Shown here: positions 16,631 through 25,498 of the stretch, piece after piece
How the letters are laid out: each line of letters begins with the position of its first letter
Position numbering within the stretch: position 1 is the first letter of the stretch
Source: Candidatus Aphodoplasma sp.
GTDB lineage: Bacteria; Bacillota; Clostridia; UBA1381; UMGS1253
DNA length: 64,000 bases
Assembly: GCA_045592745.1 (NCBI GenBank)
Contig: JAZNVH010000032.1
Location: forward strand, 6,914-70,913
Reading direction: 5' to 3'
Made by a program: the position numbers and the translations under genes
The notes under the pieces: model-generated
What the model was told of the DNA's origin: nothing
Seen by the model: the letters and a program-made list of their open reading frames with translations, nothing else
Databases searched by the model: none

Positions 16631-18021
16631 TGGAAATCAAAACTGATTTTGAAAAAAAAGTATATGACTTTCTTATAAAAAACAAGCTTGTTAAAAGAGG
16701 GCAAAAGGTTTTGGTTTGTTTGTCGGGTGGTGCCGACTCGGTATGTCTTTTAAGGGTGATGCATTCTTTTAGAGAAATACTTAAGCTTGAGCTTGAGGCG
16801 GCGCATGTAAATCATATGCTTCGTGGCGAGGCGGCAGATAGTGATGAAGCGTTTTGCGCTAAACTTTGTAGTGAGCTTGGGGTTAAATTGCACGTTTTAC
16901 GTGAAGATGTAGCTGCTCTTGCCAAAACTGTGAAAGAGAGCGTCGAGGCGGTTGCGAGAAAGGTAAGGTATGATTATTTTTTCTCGCTGAAGAATGAGTT
17001 TGGCTTTGATTTGGTTTTGACGGCGCACAATCAAAATGATAATGCTGAAACAAGCCTTATGTATTATCTTCGCGGCAGTGGAATTGACGGCATAAAGGGT
17101 ATTTTACCAAAACGCGCCGATGGCATAGTGCGTCCGCTTTTGTGTGTATCAAGAAAAGAGATTGAGGATTATCTTAAAAAAATTTCGCAAAAGTTTGTTA
17201 CTGATGCAAGCAATTTTGAAGATGTATATACGCGAAATAAAATTCGCCTCAATCTTATACCTGAACTTATAAAAAACTATAATGCAAATTTGATTGAAGC
17301 GGTATCTGAAAATGCAATGCTTATTGGTATGGATTCGGTTTATTTAAACGCTCAGGCAAAAAAGCTTTTCTTTGATATGATGCATGAGTGTGAAAATGGT
17401 TTTTATATCGAGGTGGATGAATACAACAAAATAGACAAAGCACTGGCACTTAGGGTTATAAGAAATGCGATTTGTACGCTTCGTGGCAGCGACAAAGATA
17501 TTTCATATGATACAGTGATGCGCTGTGACGATTTGTTTGGTGAGTGTGAAACTGCAAAAAAGGTGAGCCTTGCGACAAACCTTTTTGCAAGACGCGAATA
17601 TGACAGAGTTTATTTTGAAAAAATGAAAGATGAGGGCGTTTTTTACTCTTATGAAGTAGAAATAGGAGAAACTGTTTATATAAAAGAGGCTGATATGAGT
17701 TTCAGGCTGTCATTGATTGACAAAATGCAGCCAAAAGAAAAAAACTGTGAATATTTTGATTATAATTTGCTCTGTGGGCAAATATATATAAGAAGCAGAA
17801 AAAACGGTGACAGATTTTTGCCGTTTAATATGAAGGGGTCAAAAAAGCTTAAAGACTTTTTTATAGATGAAAAAATCAAACCATCTGTGCGTGATGTTTT
17901 GCCATTAGTTGTGTGTGAAGAGCAGATACTGTGGGTGTGCACGCTCAGAAGGAGCAATTTGTATAAAGTCGGTGAGCAAACAGATAAAATACTGAAGATA
18001 GAATTTTGGGAGGGGCAATAA
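16630..18021 (+). CDS. tilS: tRNA(Ile)-lysidine synthetase
   Basis: PP-loop motif LVCLSGGADSVCLL, 463 aa. The ATAATG start overlaps the dnaB stop, and hpt-ftsH lie downstream. Confidence 0.9.
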   Translation: MEIKTDFEKKVYDFLIKNKLVKRGQKVLVCLSGGADSVCLLRVMHSFREILKLELEAAHVNHMLRGEAADSDEAFCAKLCSELGVKLHVLREDVAALAKTVKESVEAVARKVRYDYFFSLKNEFGFDLVLTAHNQNDNAETSLMYYLRGSGIDGIKGILPKRADGIVRPLLCVSRKEIEDYLKKISQKFVTDASNFEDVYTRNKIRLNLIPELIKNYNANLIEAVSENAMLIGMDSVYLNAQAKKLFFDMMHECENGFYIEVDEYNKIDKALALRVIRNAICTLRGSDKDISYDTVMRCDDLFGECETAKKVSLATNLFARREYDRVYFEKMKDEGVFYSYEVEIGETVYIKEADMSFRLSLIDKMQPKEKNCEYFDYNLLCGQIYIRSRKNGDRFLPFNMKGSKKLKDFFIDEKIKPSVRDVLPLVVCEEQILWVCTLRRSNLYKVGEQTDKILKIEFWEGQ

Positions 18022-18566
18022 TGTATATTCATGAGGACATCGAAAAAATATTGATTTCCGAGGAGGAGCTTGCAAAAAAAGTTGGTGAGCTTGCAGAAAA
18101 AATAAGCGAAGATTATAAGGGATGCGAAGTGCTTGTCGTAACTTTATTAAAGGGCGGAGTTATGTTCAGCGTTGACCTTATGAGAAAGCTTAGTATTCCT
18201 GTTGAAATTGATTTTATGAGCGTATCAAGCTATGGCTCATCATCGAAAACATCAGGAGTTGTAAAAATTGATAAAGACCTTGATAAGCCCATAGCGGGAA
18301 AACACGTGCTTTTGGTAGAGGATATAATAGACAGTGGTCTTACGCTTAATTATGTAAAGGATATTTTATTAAGCCGTGAGCCTGCAAGTCTTAAAATATG
18401 CACAATTTTAGATAAGCCTTCAAGAAGAAAGACAGAGGTTGATGTAGATTATACAGGCTTTGAAATTCCTGATGAATTTGTTGTAGGATATGGCCTTGAT
18501 TATGCGCAAAAGCATAGAAATCTTCCATACGTGGGAATTTTAAAACGCAGTGTATATGAAAAATAA
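18021..18566 (+). CDS. hpt: hypoxanthine phosphoribosyltransferase
   Basis: PRPP-binding motif VLLVEDIIDSGLTL and the C-terminal GYGLDY... motif. Start taken at MYIHEDIEKI. Confidence 0.9.
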   Translation: MYIHEDIEKILISEEELAKKVGELAEKISEDYKGCEVLVVTLLKGGVMFSVDLMRKLSIPVEIDFMSVSSYGSSSKTSGVVKIDKDLDKPIAGKHVLLVEDIIDSGLTLNYVKDILLSREPASLKICTILDKPSRRKTEVDVDYTGFEIPDEFVVGYGLDYAQKHRNLPYVGILKRSVYEK

Positions 18567-18651
18567 TAAAAAGTTTGAACAATTTGTAAAGAAGGTTGTA
18601 TTAAAAGGACATTTATGATAATATATTCTACGAGGAAAAGGAGTTGATAGC

Positions 18652-20586
18652 TTGAAAAAACATTTAAAAAGCTTTGGCTTTTATGTGGCTTTATTTGCCG
18701 TATTGTTAATATTGGTATATGCACTTTCGGGCACACAGTCTGCAGCTGTTAAAAAAGTTTATTCCGACCTTATTCGCGAGGTTGAAGCGGGAAGAGTTGT
18801 AGAGCTTACAGTTATAGAAAATACAGCTGTTGCGAAGCTCTCGGAGCCTATCAAGATTACCGATATGAATGGTAAGGTGATAAATGATAAGGTCGATAGG
18901 ATAGAGGTTGACATTCCGAATATGCTTGTATTTGAGCAGGATTTGGGTGATACAATAAGAATGCAGGTGCGAGAGGGTAAGCTTAAATATGATACACAGG
19001 CACCTGTAAGCCAGCCTTGGTGGGTATCTTTATTGCCTATACTTGGAACTGTTGGTCTTTTGATTTTTATTTACATTTTCTTTATGCAACAGTCGGGTGG
19101 CGGTGGAAAGGCGATGTCTTTTGGAAAAAGCCGTGCAAAAGTTTCTACCGATGCCAACAGAAAAAAAGTGCTTTTTTCAGACGTTGCGGGAGCTGATGAG
19201 GAAAAGGCAGAGCTTGAAGAGATTGTTGACTTTTTAAGATATCCTAAAAAGTATATTGACCTTGGCGCGCGTATTCCGCGCGGTGTACTTTTGGTTGGCC
19301 CTCCCGGAACTGGTAAAACCCTTCTGGCAAAAGCTGTTGCGGGCGAGGCAGGTGTACCGTTCTTTAGTATAAGCGGTTCTGATTTTGTGGAAATGTTTGT
19401 TGGTGTCGGCGCATCAAGAGTGCGTGACTTGTTTGAACAGGCAAAGAAAAACAGTCCGTGTATCGTATTTATAGATGAGATTGATGCTGTTGGACGTCAG
19501 CGTGGAGCCGGTCTTGGCGGCGGACACGATGAAAGAGAACAGACTCTTAACCAACTGCTTGTTGAGATGGACGGTTTTGGTGAAAATGCAGGTGTTATCA
19601 TATTGGCTGCTACAAACAGACCTGATATATTAGACCCTGCGCTTCTTCGTCCGGGACGTTTTGACAGACAGGTTGTTGTAGGTGTTCCTGATGTAGTTGG
19701 CAGAGAGGCTATTTTGAAGGTTCATTCAAGAGGCAAGCCGATTGGCGAAGATGTTGATTTGTCTGTTATTGCAAAAACTACGGCGGGTTTTACGGGGGCA
19801 GATCTTGAAAATCTTATGAATGAAGCTGCGCTTTTAGCAGCGCGAGAGAATGTGCCTCAAATACACATTAAACACCTTGAAGATGCAATGCTCAAGGTTG
19901 TTATGGGTACGGAGAAAAAGTCGAGAAAAATTACTGCTCATGAAAAGAAGCTTACTGCGTATCATGAGGCAGGTCATGCTGTTATTGCAAAGCATTTGCC
20001 GACACAAGACCCCGTTCATGAGGTATCTATAATACCGCGTGGTATGGCAGGCGGTTATACGATGCATTTGCCAAGTGAGGATAAATGGTATACTTCAAAA
20101 ACTGAGATGACCGAAAATATTATCGCGCTTTTGGGTGGCCGTGTTGCAGAAAAGATTTCGCTTGATGACATAAGCTCTGGAGCATCTAATGATATTGAGC
20201 GCGCTACTGATATTGCGAGAAAAATGGTTATGCAGTATGGTATGAGCGATAAGCTTGGACCGATTAACTATGGTGGCTCGGCGCATGAGGTGTTTATCGG
20301 ACGTGATTTGGCTCAGTCGAAAAACTACAGCGAAGAGGTTGCGGCACGTATTGATGAAGAAATTAAAGATATTGTTGATTCGTGCTACAAAAAATGTGAA
20401 GAAATTTTGCGTTCCGACTTTGCGACGCTTGAAAGAGTTGCAAACGCTCTTATTGAGAGAGAAAAAATATCGGGCGCTGAGTTTGAAAAGCTTTTTGAAA
20501 ATATAGCGCTTGATGATGCAGAGAGTCAGGTTGGAGAGAGTGTTTCAGACGAAGCTGTATCAAATGAAGAAAGTGAAAATGCGTAA
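18652..20586 (+). CDS. ftsH: ATP-dependent zinc metalloprotease FtsH
   Basis: [23 protein letters not shown], the second region of homology, and the zinc site HEAGHA. TTG start follows AAGGAG. Confidence 0.95.
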   Translation: MKKHLKSFGFYVALFAVLLILVYALSGTQSAAVKKVYSDLIREVEAGRVVELTVIENTAVAKLSEPIKITDMNGKVINDKVDRIEVDIPNMLVFEQDLGDTIRMQVREGKLKYDTQAPVSQPWWVSLLPILGTVGLLIFIYIFFMQQSGGGGKAMSFGKSRAKVSTDANRKKVLFSDVAGADEEKAELEEIVDFLRYPKKYIDLGARIPRGVLLVGPPGTGKTLLAKAVAGEAGVPFFSISGSDFVEMFVGVGASRVRDLFEQAKKNSPCIVFIDEIDAVGRQRGAGLGGGHDEREQTLNQLLVEMDGFGENAGVIILAATNRPDILDPALLRPGRFDRQVVVGVPDVVGREAILKVHSRGKPIGEDVDLSVIAKTTAGFTGADLENLMNEAALLAARENVPQIHIKHLEDAMLKVVMGTEKKSRKITAHEKKLTAYHEAGHAVIAKHLPTQDPVHEVSIIPRGMAGGYTMHLPSEDKWYTSKTEMTENIIALLGGRVAEKISLDDISSGASNDIERATDIARKMVMQYGMSDKLGPINYGGSAHEVFIGRDLAQSKNYSEEVAARIDEEIKDIVDSCYKKCEEILRSDFATLERVANALIEREKISGAEFEKLFENIALDDAESQVGESVSDEAVSNEESENA

Positions 20587-20621
20587 AAATTAAATTATTA
20601 TAAACCAGGAGGCGTTTTAAT

Positions 20622-20822
20622 ATGAAAGTTACAAAGGATATGATTATTTTTGATGTGTTAAAGCTTGAACCGACAACGGCGCAGTTTTTTCTTGATATGG
20701 GAATGCACTGCCTTGGTTGTCCGTCAGCAAGTGGTGAATCTATAGAGGATGCGTGTGCTGTTCATGGGGTAGACCCCGATGAGCTTGTTAATAAGATTAA
20801 CGAGTATCTTGAAAACAAATAA
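20622..20822 (+). CDS. DUF1858 / hybrid-cluster-protein-associated redox disulfide domain protein
   Basis: 66 aa with the characteristic GMHCLGCPSASGESIEDAC motif. Confidence 0.7.
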   Translation: MKVTKDMIIFDVLKLEPTTAQFFLDMGMHCLGCPSASGESIEDACAVHGVDPDELVNKINEYLENK

Positions 20823-20927
20823 AAATTTACTACGCAAATGCGCAGCAGCATATATACGCGGCTGCGCATTTGACAGTAGACGGGACATGCTGTTTTTTTG
20901 TATGTGGCGTCTAATTGGGGGATTATT

Positions 20928-22196
20928 ATGAGTGCTTACTTAAAACGCATTAAAGCAAAGATTGCTACGTTTTTTGCGGGCGGTTTTTTGATGCGTGAAC
21001 AGAAGCTGTTTTTATCGACGGTGTCGCTGTTTTTTGTGGCGTCGGCATTTTCGGGAATATTTATAAATACGTTTATATATTTATGTGCTTATGCAAGTGG
21101 CGAGGTTGCATCCGGACTAAGAGCTGTGGCGTATTATAACCTTTGCATGTATAGTGCGATGGCGTTTTTTTCAGTTGTAACGGGAATTATAGGTAAGGCT
21201 GTAAGCTCGCGTACGCTTATTTTTACGGGGCTTTTGCTGCATGCACTTTTATACATATTGCTGCTTTCCATGAAAAGCTCGTGTGTGAGTTATATATGGC
21301 TTTTAGGAATACTTAGCGGAATGGGCAGCGCATTTTTTAATTTTAATTACAGCAGCGGCGTTATGTATGTTACAAGTGCAGAGGGTAGGGGTTACTACCT
21401 TTTTATCCAGGGAATAATAAATTCTGCTTCTGCTGTGTTTGCGCCGCTTATAGCGGGTGTGCTTGCACAGCTTGTTGGTGGCATTAATGGCTATGTGACG
21501 CTGTTTGTTATATCGCTTATTATATTGATAGTAAGCATCATATGTTGTTTTTCACTGACTTATCAGGATGGGAAAAAGGGTGCTACGCAATTTGGAAATG
21601 TATTTGTATTTTCGCTAAAAAATAAGCCTATGCGTCTGTGCGTGGCTTGTGATGCTGTGAGCGGAATTCGCGATGGCGTGGCTATGTTTTTGATTCCGCT
21701 TTTGATTTATACGCTTAAAATGTCCAATGCAGGTGTGGGCATATACATGTTCATATATGCACTTATACAGACTTTGGTTTCCTATTTTGCAAGGGTGTAT
21801 GTTATAAGTAAAAATAAAATGGGAGTTACATTTGTTTCGTGTGTTTTATTTGCTTTGTCGGGATTTATACTTGCAAAAGGTTTTAATACCTTAACGTTAT
21901 TTTCTTATGGTTTTGTCAGTGCGCTTATTCAGGGGTTTTTCGTCACTGTGCCTTTTGAGTTGTTTTATGATGCGGCGTATAAAATTCCTCATGCAAGCCG
22001 AAAAAATCTTGAAATTTTATCGGTGCGCGAATTTTATATAAACATCGGACGTATAATAGGTGTATTTACCATTATGCTTGTTTTAAAGGAAACTACATGG
22101 GTAATTTATACAATAATTATTTTTGGAATACTGCAAATACTCTCGTGGATTATGCTTAGTTTGGCATCAAGGCAGCTTGAGAACAAAGAAGATTAA
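20928..22196 (+). CDS. MFS-type transporter (about 12 TM)
   Basis: Polytopic membrane protein of about 420 aa. Start taken at MSAYLKRIK, after GGGGA. Substrate unknown; the adjacency to nagA is only suggestive. Confidence 0.6.
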   Translation: MSAYLKRIKAKIATFFAGGFLMREQKLFLSTVSLFFVASAFSGIFINTFIYLCAYASGEVASGLRAVAYYNLCMYSAMAFFSVVTGIIGKAVSSRTLIFTGLLLHALLYILLLSMKSSCVSYIWLLGILSGMGSAFFNFNYSSGVMYVTSAEGRGYYLFIQGIINSASAVFAPLIAGVLAQLVGGINGYVTLFVISLIILIVSIICCFSLTYQDGKKGATQFGNVFVFSLKNKPMRLCVACDAVSGIRDGVAMFLIPLLIYTLKMSNAGVGIYMFIYALIQTLVSYFARVYVISKNKMGVTFVSCVLFALSGFILAKGFNTLTLFSYGFVSALIQGFFVTVPFELFYDAAYKIPHASRKNLEILSVREFYINIGRIIGVFTIMLVLKETTWVIYTIIIFGILQILSWIMLSLASRQLENKED

Positions 22197-22222
22197 AAAA
22201 TATTACATAACGGAGAAATGAT

Positions 22223-23347
22223 ATGTATACTATAAAAAATGCCAATGTTTTAAATGAAAATTTTATGTTTGAAAAGACTGATATAGCAGTTGAGGACAAA
22301 AAAATTGTAAAAATTGCGCCAAAGCTCTTTTTGGGAGATATTATAGAGGCTGATGAGGCTTATGTTTTGCCGGGACTTGTGAATATACATACTCACGGAG
22401 CTATGGGACATGATGCTACGGGGTGTAATTACAAAGGCATCAATGCCATGAGTAAATATTGGGCAAAAACAGGTACGACATCTTTTCTTCCTACGGTGAT
22501 GACTGCGCCTGAAAATGTATTGTGCTCTGCCATGGAGAAACTCAATAAGGCCATAGAGCGCGGTGTAGATGGTGCGTCGGTTATTGGAATAAATATGGAA
22601 GGTCCGTATTTGTCAGAAAAGTATAAAGGTGCTCACAGACCTGATTGGCTTTGCAGTCCAAATGAGCTTGATTTTGATAAGGTACAACAGGCGGCTCAGG
22701 GAAATATCAGACTTGTTACTATTGCGCCTGAGATTGATGGAAGCGATGAATTTATAAAAAAATATGCCGGAAAGGTTTGTATTTCGCTTGGACATTCGAA
22801 TGCGGATTATGATACATGTATGAGTGCATTTGAAAATGGTGCGGGTCAGGTTACTCACTTGTTTAACGCTATGCCTTCTGTTCATCACAGAGATTTACAT
22901 CTTATTGAGGCGGCGTATGAGTGTGGTGCTATGGTTGAGCTTATTGGAGATGGTCTGCATGTAAAGAGTACGACTGCTATGATGGCGTATAAATTATTTG
23001 GTGCTGACAGAATGATTTTAATAAATGACAGCGTTAATGCAGCGGGACTTGGTGAAGGGACATACGATTTTGGTGGATATGAGGTTACTGTCAAAGACGG
23101 CGTAGCAAGGCAGGCAGATGGTACAATATGCGGTGGAACAGCGTCGCTTTGGGATTGTGTTAAAAATATGGTTTCGTGGGGCGTAAGGCTTGAAGAGGCG
23201 GTAAAAATGGCATCATATAATCCTGCGCGTCAGGTTGGCCTTTTGGACAGCATAGGAAGCATAAAAGAGGGTAAGGATGCAGATTTTATTATTGCTACAA
23301 AAGAGCTTGAAATTAAAGATGTGTTTATAAAAGGCAGAAAAATATAA
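22223..23347 (+). CDS. nagA: N-acetylglucosamine-6-phosphate deacetylase
   Basis: Amidohydrolase motifs LPGLVNIHTHGA, NMEGPYLS, SLGHSNA and THLFNAMP..HHR. Confidence 0.9.
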   Translation: MYTIKNANVLNENFMFEKTDIAVEDKKIVKIAPKLFLGDIIEADEAYVLPGLVNIHTHGAMGHDATGCNYKGINAMSKYWAKTGTTSFLPTVMTAPENVLCSAMEKLNKAIERGVDGASVIGINMEGPYLSEKYKGAHRPDWLCSPNELDFDKVQQAAQGNIRLVTIAPEIDGSDEFIKKYAGKVCISLGHSNADYDTCMSAFENGAGQVTHLFNAMPSVHHRDLHLIEAAYECGAMVELIGDGLHVKSTTAMMAYKLFGADRMILINDSVNAAGLGEGTYDFGGYEVTVKDGVARQADGTICGGTASLWDCVKNMVSWGVRLEEAVKMASYNPARQVGLLDSIGSIKEGKDADFIIATKELEIKDVFIKGRKI

Positions 23348-23451
23348 ATTTTGGTAGACAATGCATATTTGCTATGTTAAAATATAGGTATAATATGAAT
23401 TTTAGTTGGTAGTTGTTTGGTTCGGCCCGTAGTGGCAGAAGGGAGAGTATT

Positions 23452-23751
23452 ATGGCTGAAAAGAAGACTAAAAATAAGCTTTTGATGTATAAGGGAAAAC
23501 CGCTTGTGCGTCAGGGAAATATGATTTATTACGGAAATCCGAGCGATAAGTATATTGTTTCGTTTGTGCTGAGCAATTTTGAAAAAAATGGTGAAACAGA
23601 GGTTGCGGGACATGTTTCGGTACAGCTTCAGCAAAACGATAAATATCTTAATCCAAAAAATAAGCTGATAAAGAAAGCTGAACGTGATGAGCTTTGGTCA
23701 GCGCTTGATGTTGGCGTGTTCTGGCTTGAGGATGCGCTTTCACACGGTTGA
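23452..23751 (+). CDS. hypothetical protein (99 aa)
   Basis: ATG 23452 follows GGGAGAG. Translation starts MAEKKTKNKLLMYKGKPLVRQGNMIYYG... I recognise no family. A terminator follows. Confidence 0.5.
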   Translation: MAEKKTKNKLLMYKGKPLVRQGNMIYYGNPSDKYIVSFVLSNFEKNGETEVAGHVSVQLQQNDKYLNPKNKLIKKAERDELWSALDVGVFWLEDALSHG

Positions 23752-23781
23752 TATTAAAAAAAATTATATAAAAAGTAAAAT

Positions 23782-23812
23782 TGAGATGTGAATTTTTGCA
23801 TCTCGATTTTTT
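23782..23812 (+). terminator. rho-independent terminator
   Basis: GAGATG-(10 nt)-CATCTC followed by a run of seven T residues. Confidence 0.55.
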
Positions 23813-24176
23813 TGTATCTTTTTATTTTGCTGTTGTATTTATTAAAAAAAACAATACCATAAAATTTTAGCTACTTTAAAAAAGTTTTAAAAAAATTGTG
23901 TCATTATAGGTAAAATGAGCGTAAAATAAATTGTTGCAAATGTTACAAAAAACGTCAAAAGTTAATAATTTGTCAGTGCAAAAAAGTTTGAAAATGATTT
24001 GTTTTGCAGAAAAATGCATAGATAGGCACAAAAAGTAAGTTGACAAACAAGCAGGGCTGTCAAAGGGTTAACAGTTGTTTCGGGCGTTTAGTGAGTGGCG
24101 AAAAGATTGTAAGCTATCAGTATATGAATAAATGTTAAAAAATATTACGAAATTTTAAAATAGTTGTTAAAAACAT

Positions 24177-24205
24177 TTGACAAAAGCAAAGAGATGTAGT
24201 ACAAT
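24177..24205 (+). promoter_or_regulatory. consensus sigma-A promoter for the NlpC/P60 hydrolase gene
   Basis: TTGACA (24177-24182), 17-nt spacer, TACAAT (24200-24205). Confidence 0.65.
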
Positions 24206-24248
24206 ATATAGTGTAGTTTGGAAATGGGATTTCTATGGAGGTTAAATA

Positions 24249-25139
24249 ATGAGGTTTTTACATAAGATAATCAGCGTGTCTGTGGCGGGTGTAGTTGCTT
24301 TATGCACTATGTTTGGAACTGCCGCTTTTGCACGTGATGGTGTTGTTACGGCAAGCGTGCTCAATGTCAGACAAAATCCTTCGTATGACGCTGATATTAT
24401 AGGACAACTTAATAAAGATACAATGGTTAATGCATATGACTGTGACCAAAACGGTTGGTATGTTATAAATTATGGTGACAGATATGCTTATGTTGCAAGT
24501 GCATATATTAAGCTTTCAATGCCAAGTCATGCATCAAAGGAGAAAGTTTATTATGATAATGTAATTTATGGTAAAACTAATGTTGCTACCCTTAATGTGA
24601 GAGATGGTGCTACATTTGATTGCACAATAGTTGATACCGTTCCCAAAGGCACAAAGTACATTATATATGGACAGGAAAATGGTTTCTTTATTATAAAAGA
24701 TGGCGATGTTGAGCGCTATGTGTACAATCAGTATGTAGATGGAATTTCGCAGGAGGAATACAATACACCTTCAGGTGCTCCCCAGGTGGTTGAGGAAGCA
24801 ATGAAGTACATAGGTACGCCGTATGTATATGGCGGTTCAAGTCCGAGAGGTTTTGACTGTTCGGGATTTACTTCGTACGTTTACAGACAGCTTGGAGTAA
24901 CACTTAACCGTACGGCAGCAGGTCAGGCATCAAACGGCGTAGCGGTAAGAAAAAGCGAACTTTTGCTGGGTGATTTGGTGTTATTTAATACATATGGTAG
25001 TGGAATAGGCCACGTTGGCATTTATGTTGGTGACGGAAATATGGTTCATGCACCATACTCGGGACAGAGAGTAAGAGTAGAAACAATTAATTCGGGTTAC
25101 TACGCATCAACATATGTTGGAGCAAGAAGAATATTTTAA
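24249..25139 (+). CDS. secreted cell-wall hydrolase: two SH3 (SH3_3-like) domains plus a C40/NlpC-P60 peptidase domain
   Basis: Signal peptide, two repeats of the ...VLNVRQNPS.../...LNVRDGAT... type, and the catalytic region GFDCSGFTSYVYRQLG ... GHVGIYVGDGNMVHAP. Confidence 0.9.
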   Translation: MRFLHKIISVSVAGVVALCTMFGTAAFARDGVVTASVLNVRQNPSYDADIIGQLNKDTMVNAYDCDQNGWYVINYGDRYAYVASAYIKLSMPSHASKEKVYYDNVIYGKTNVATLNVRDGATFDCTIVDTVPKGTKYIIYGQENGFFIIKDGDVERYVYNQYVDGISQEEYNTPSGAPQVVEEAMKYIGTPYVYGGSSPRGFDCSGFTSYVYRQLGVTLNRTAAGQASNGVAVRKSELLLGDLVLFNTYGSGIGHVGIYVGDGNMVHAPYSGQRVRVETINSGYYASTYVGARRIF

Positions 25140-25157
25140 TTTTAGCTTAAAATTTAA

Positions 25158-25187
25158 AGAACAGGTTTTCTGGCCTGTTCTTTATTA
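25158..25187 (+). terminator. rho-independent terminator
   Basis: AGAACAGG-TTTTCTGG-CCTGTTCT followed by TTATT. Confidence 0.7.
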
Positions 25188-25296
25188 TTGAATGGAAAAT
25201 GTGCGTCATAAATTCACCCCTTTTGCGTCAAAATAAATATTGACTAAAAAATGACGATATAATTAAGTCATAGATTTGTCGAAAGGGGATGTATTT

Positions 25297-25464
25297 ATGA
25301 AAGACTCTCTGTCAAGATATACTCTTCGCATCAGTCAGCTTTTACTTGATAAATTTGGATATATTGCAGAATATGAGGGAAGAACAAAAAATAAAGAGCT
25401 TGAGCAAATGATAAAGAAGAGAATTATCGAATTTGAAAAAGAAAATGGAAAGATTGAGCTGTAA
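25297..25464 (+). CDS. small Arc/MetJ-type (ribbon-helix-helix-like) DNA-binding protein, 55 aa
   Basis: MKDSLSRYTLRISQLLLDKFGYIAEYEGRTKNKELEQMIKK... shows a beta-strand then two-helix pattern typical of Arc-like repressors. ATG follows AAAGGGGA. Confidence 0.5.
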   Translation: MKDSLSRYTLRISQLLLDKFGYIAEYEGRTKNKELEQMIKKRIIEFEKENGKIEL

Positions 25465-25498
25465 ATAGCGCGTAGGAAAAGCAAGTTTTTTGTGGTGA

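Noticed and set aside
23990-24248. c-di-AMP (ydaO-type) riboswitch upstream of the NlpC/P60 hydrolase
   Set aside because: The context is attractive (cell-wall hydrolase, with gdpP in the same window). However, I could not find the conserved ydaO sequence blocks or its pseudo-two-fold helices, and the promoter lies only about 45 nt from the start codon, which leaves no room.
25297-25464. The small RHH protein as the antitoxin of a toxin-antitoxin pair
   Set aside because: No toxin-sized partner ORF is adjacent. The next gene is comEC and the upstream gene is the hydrolase, which has its own terminator.
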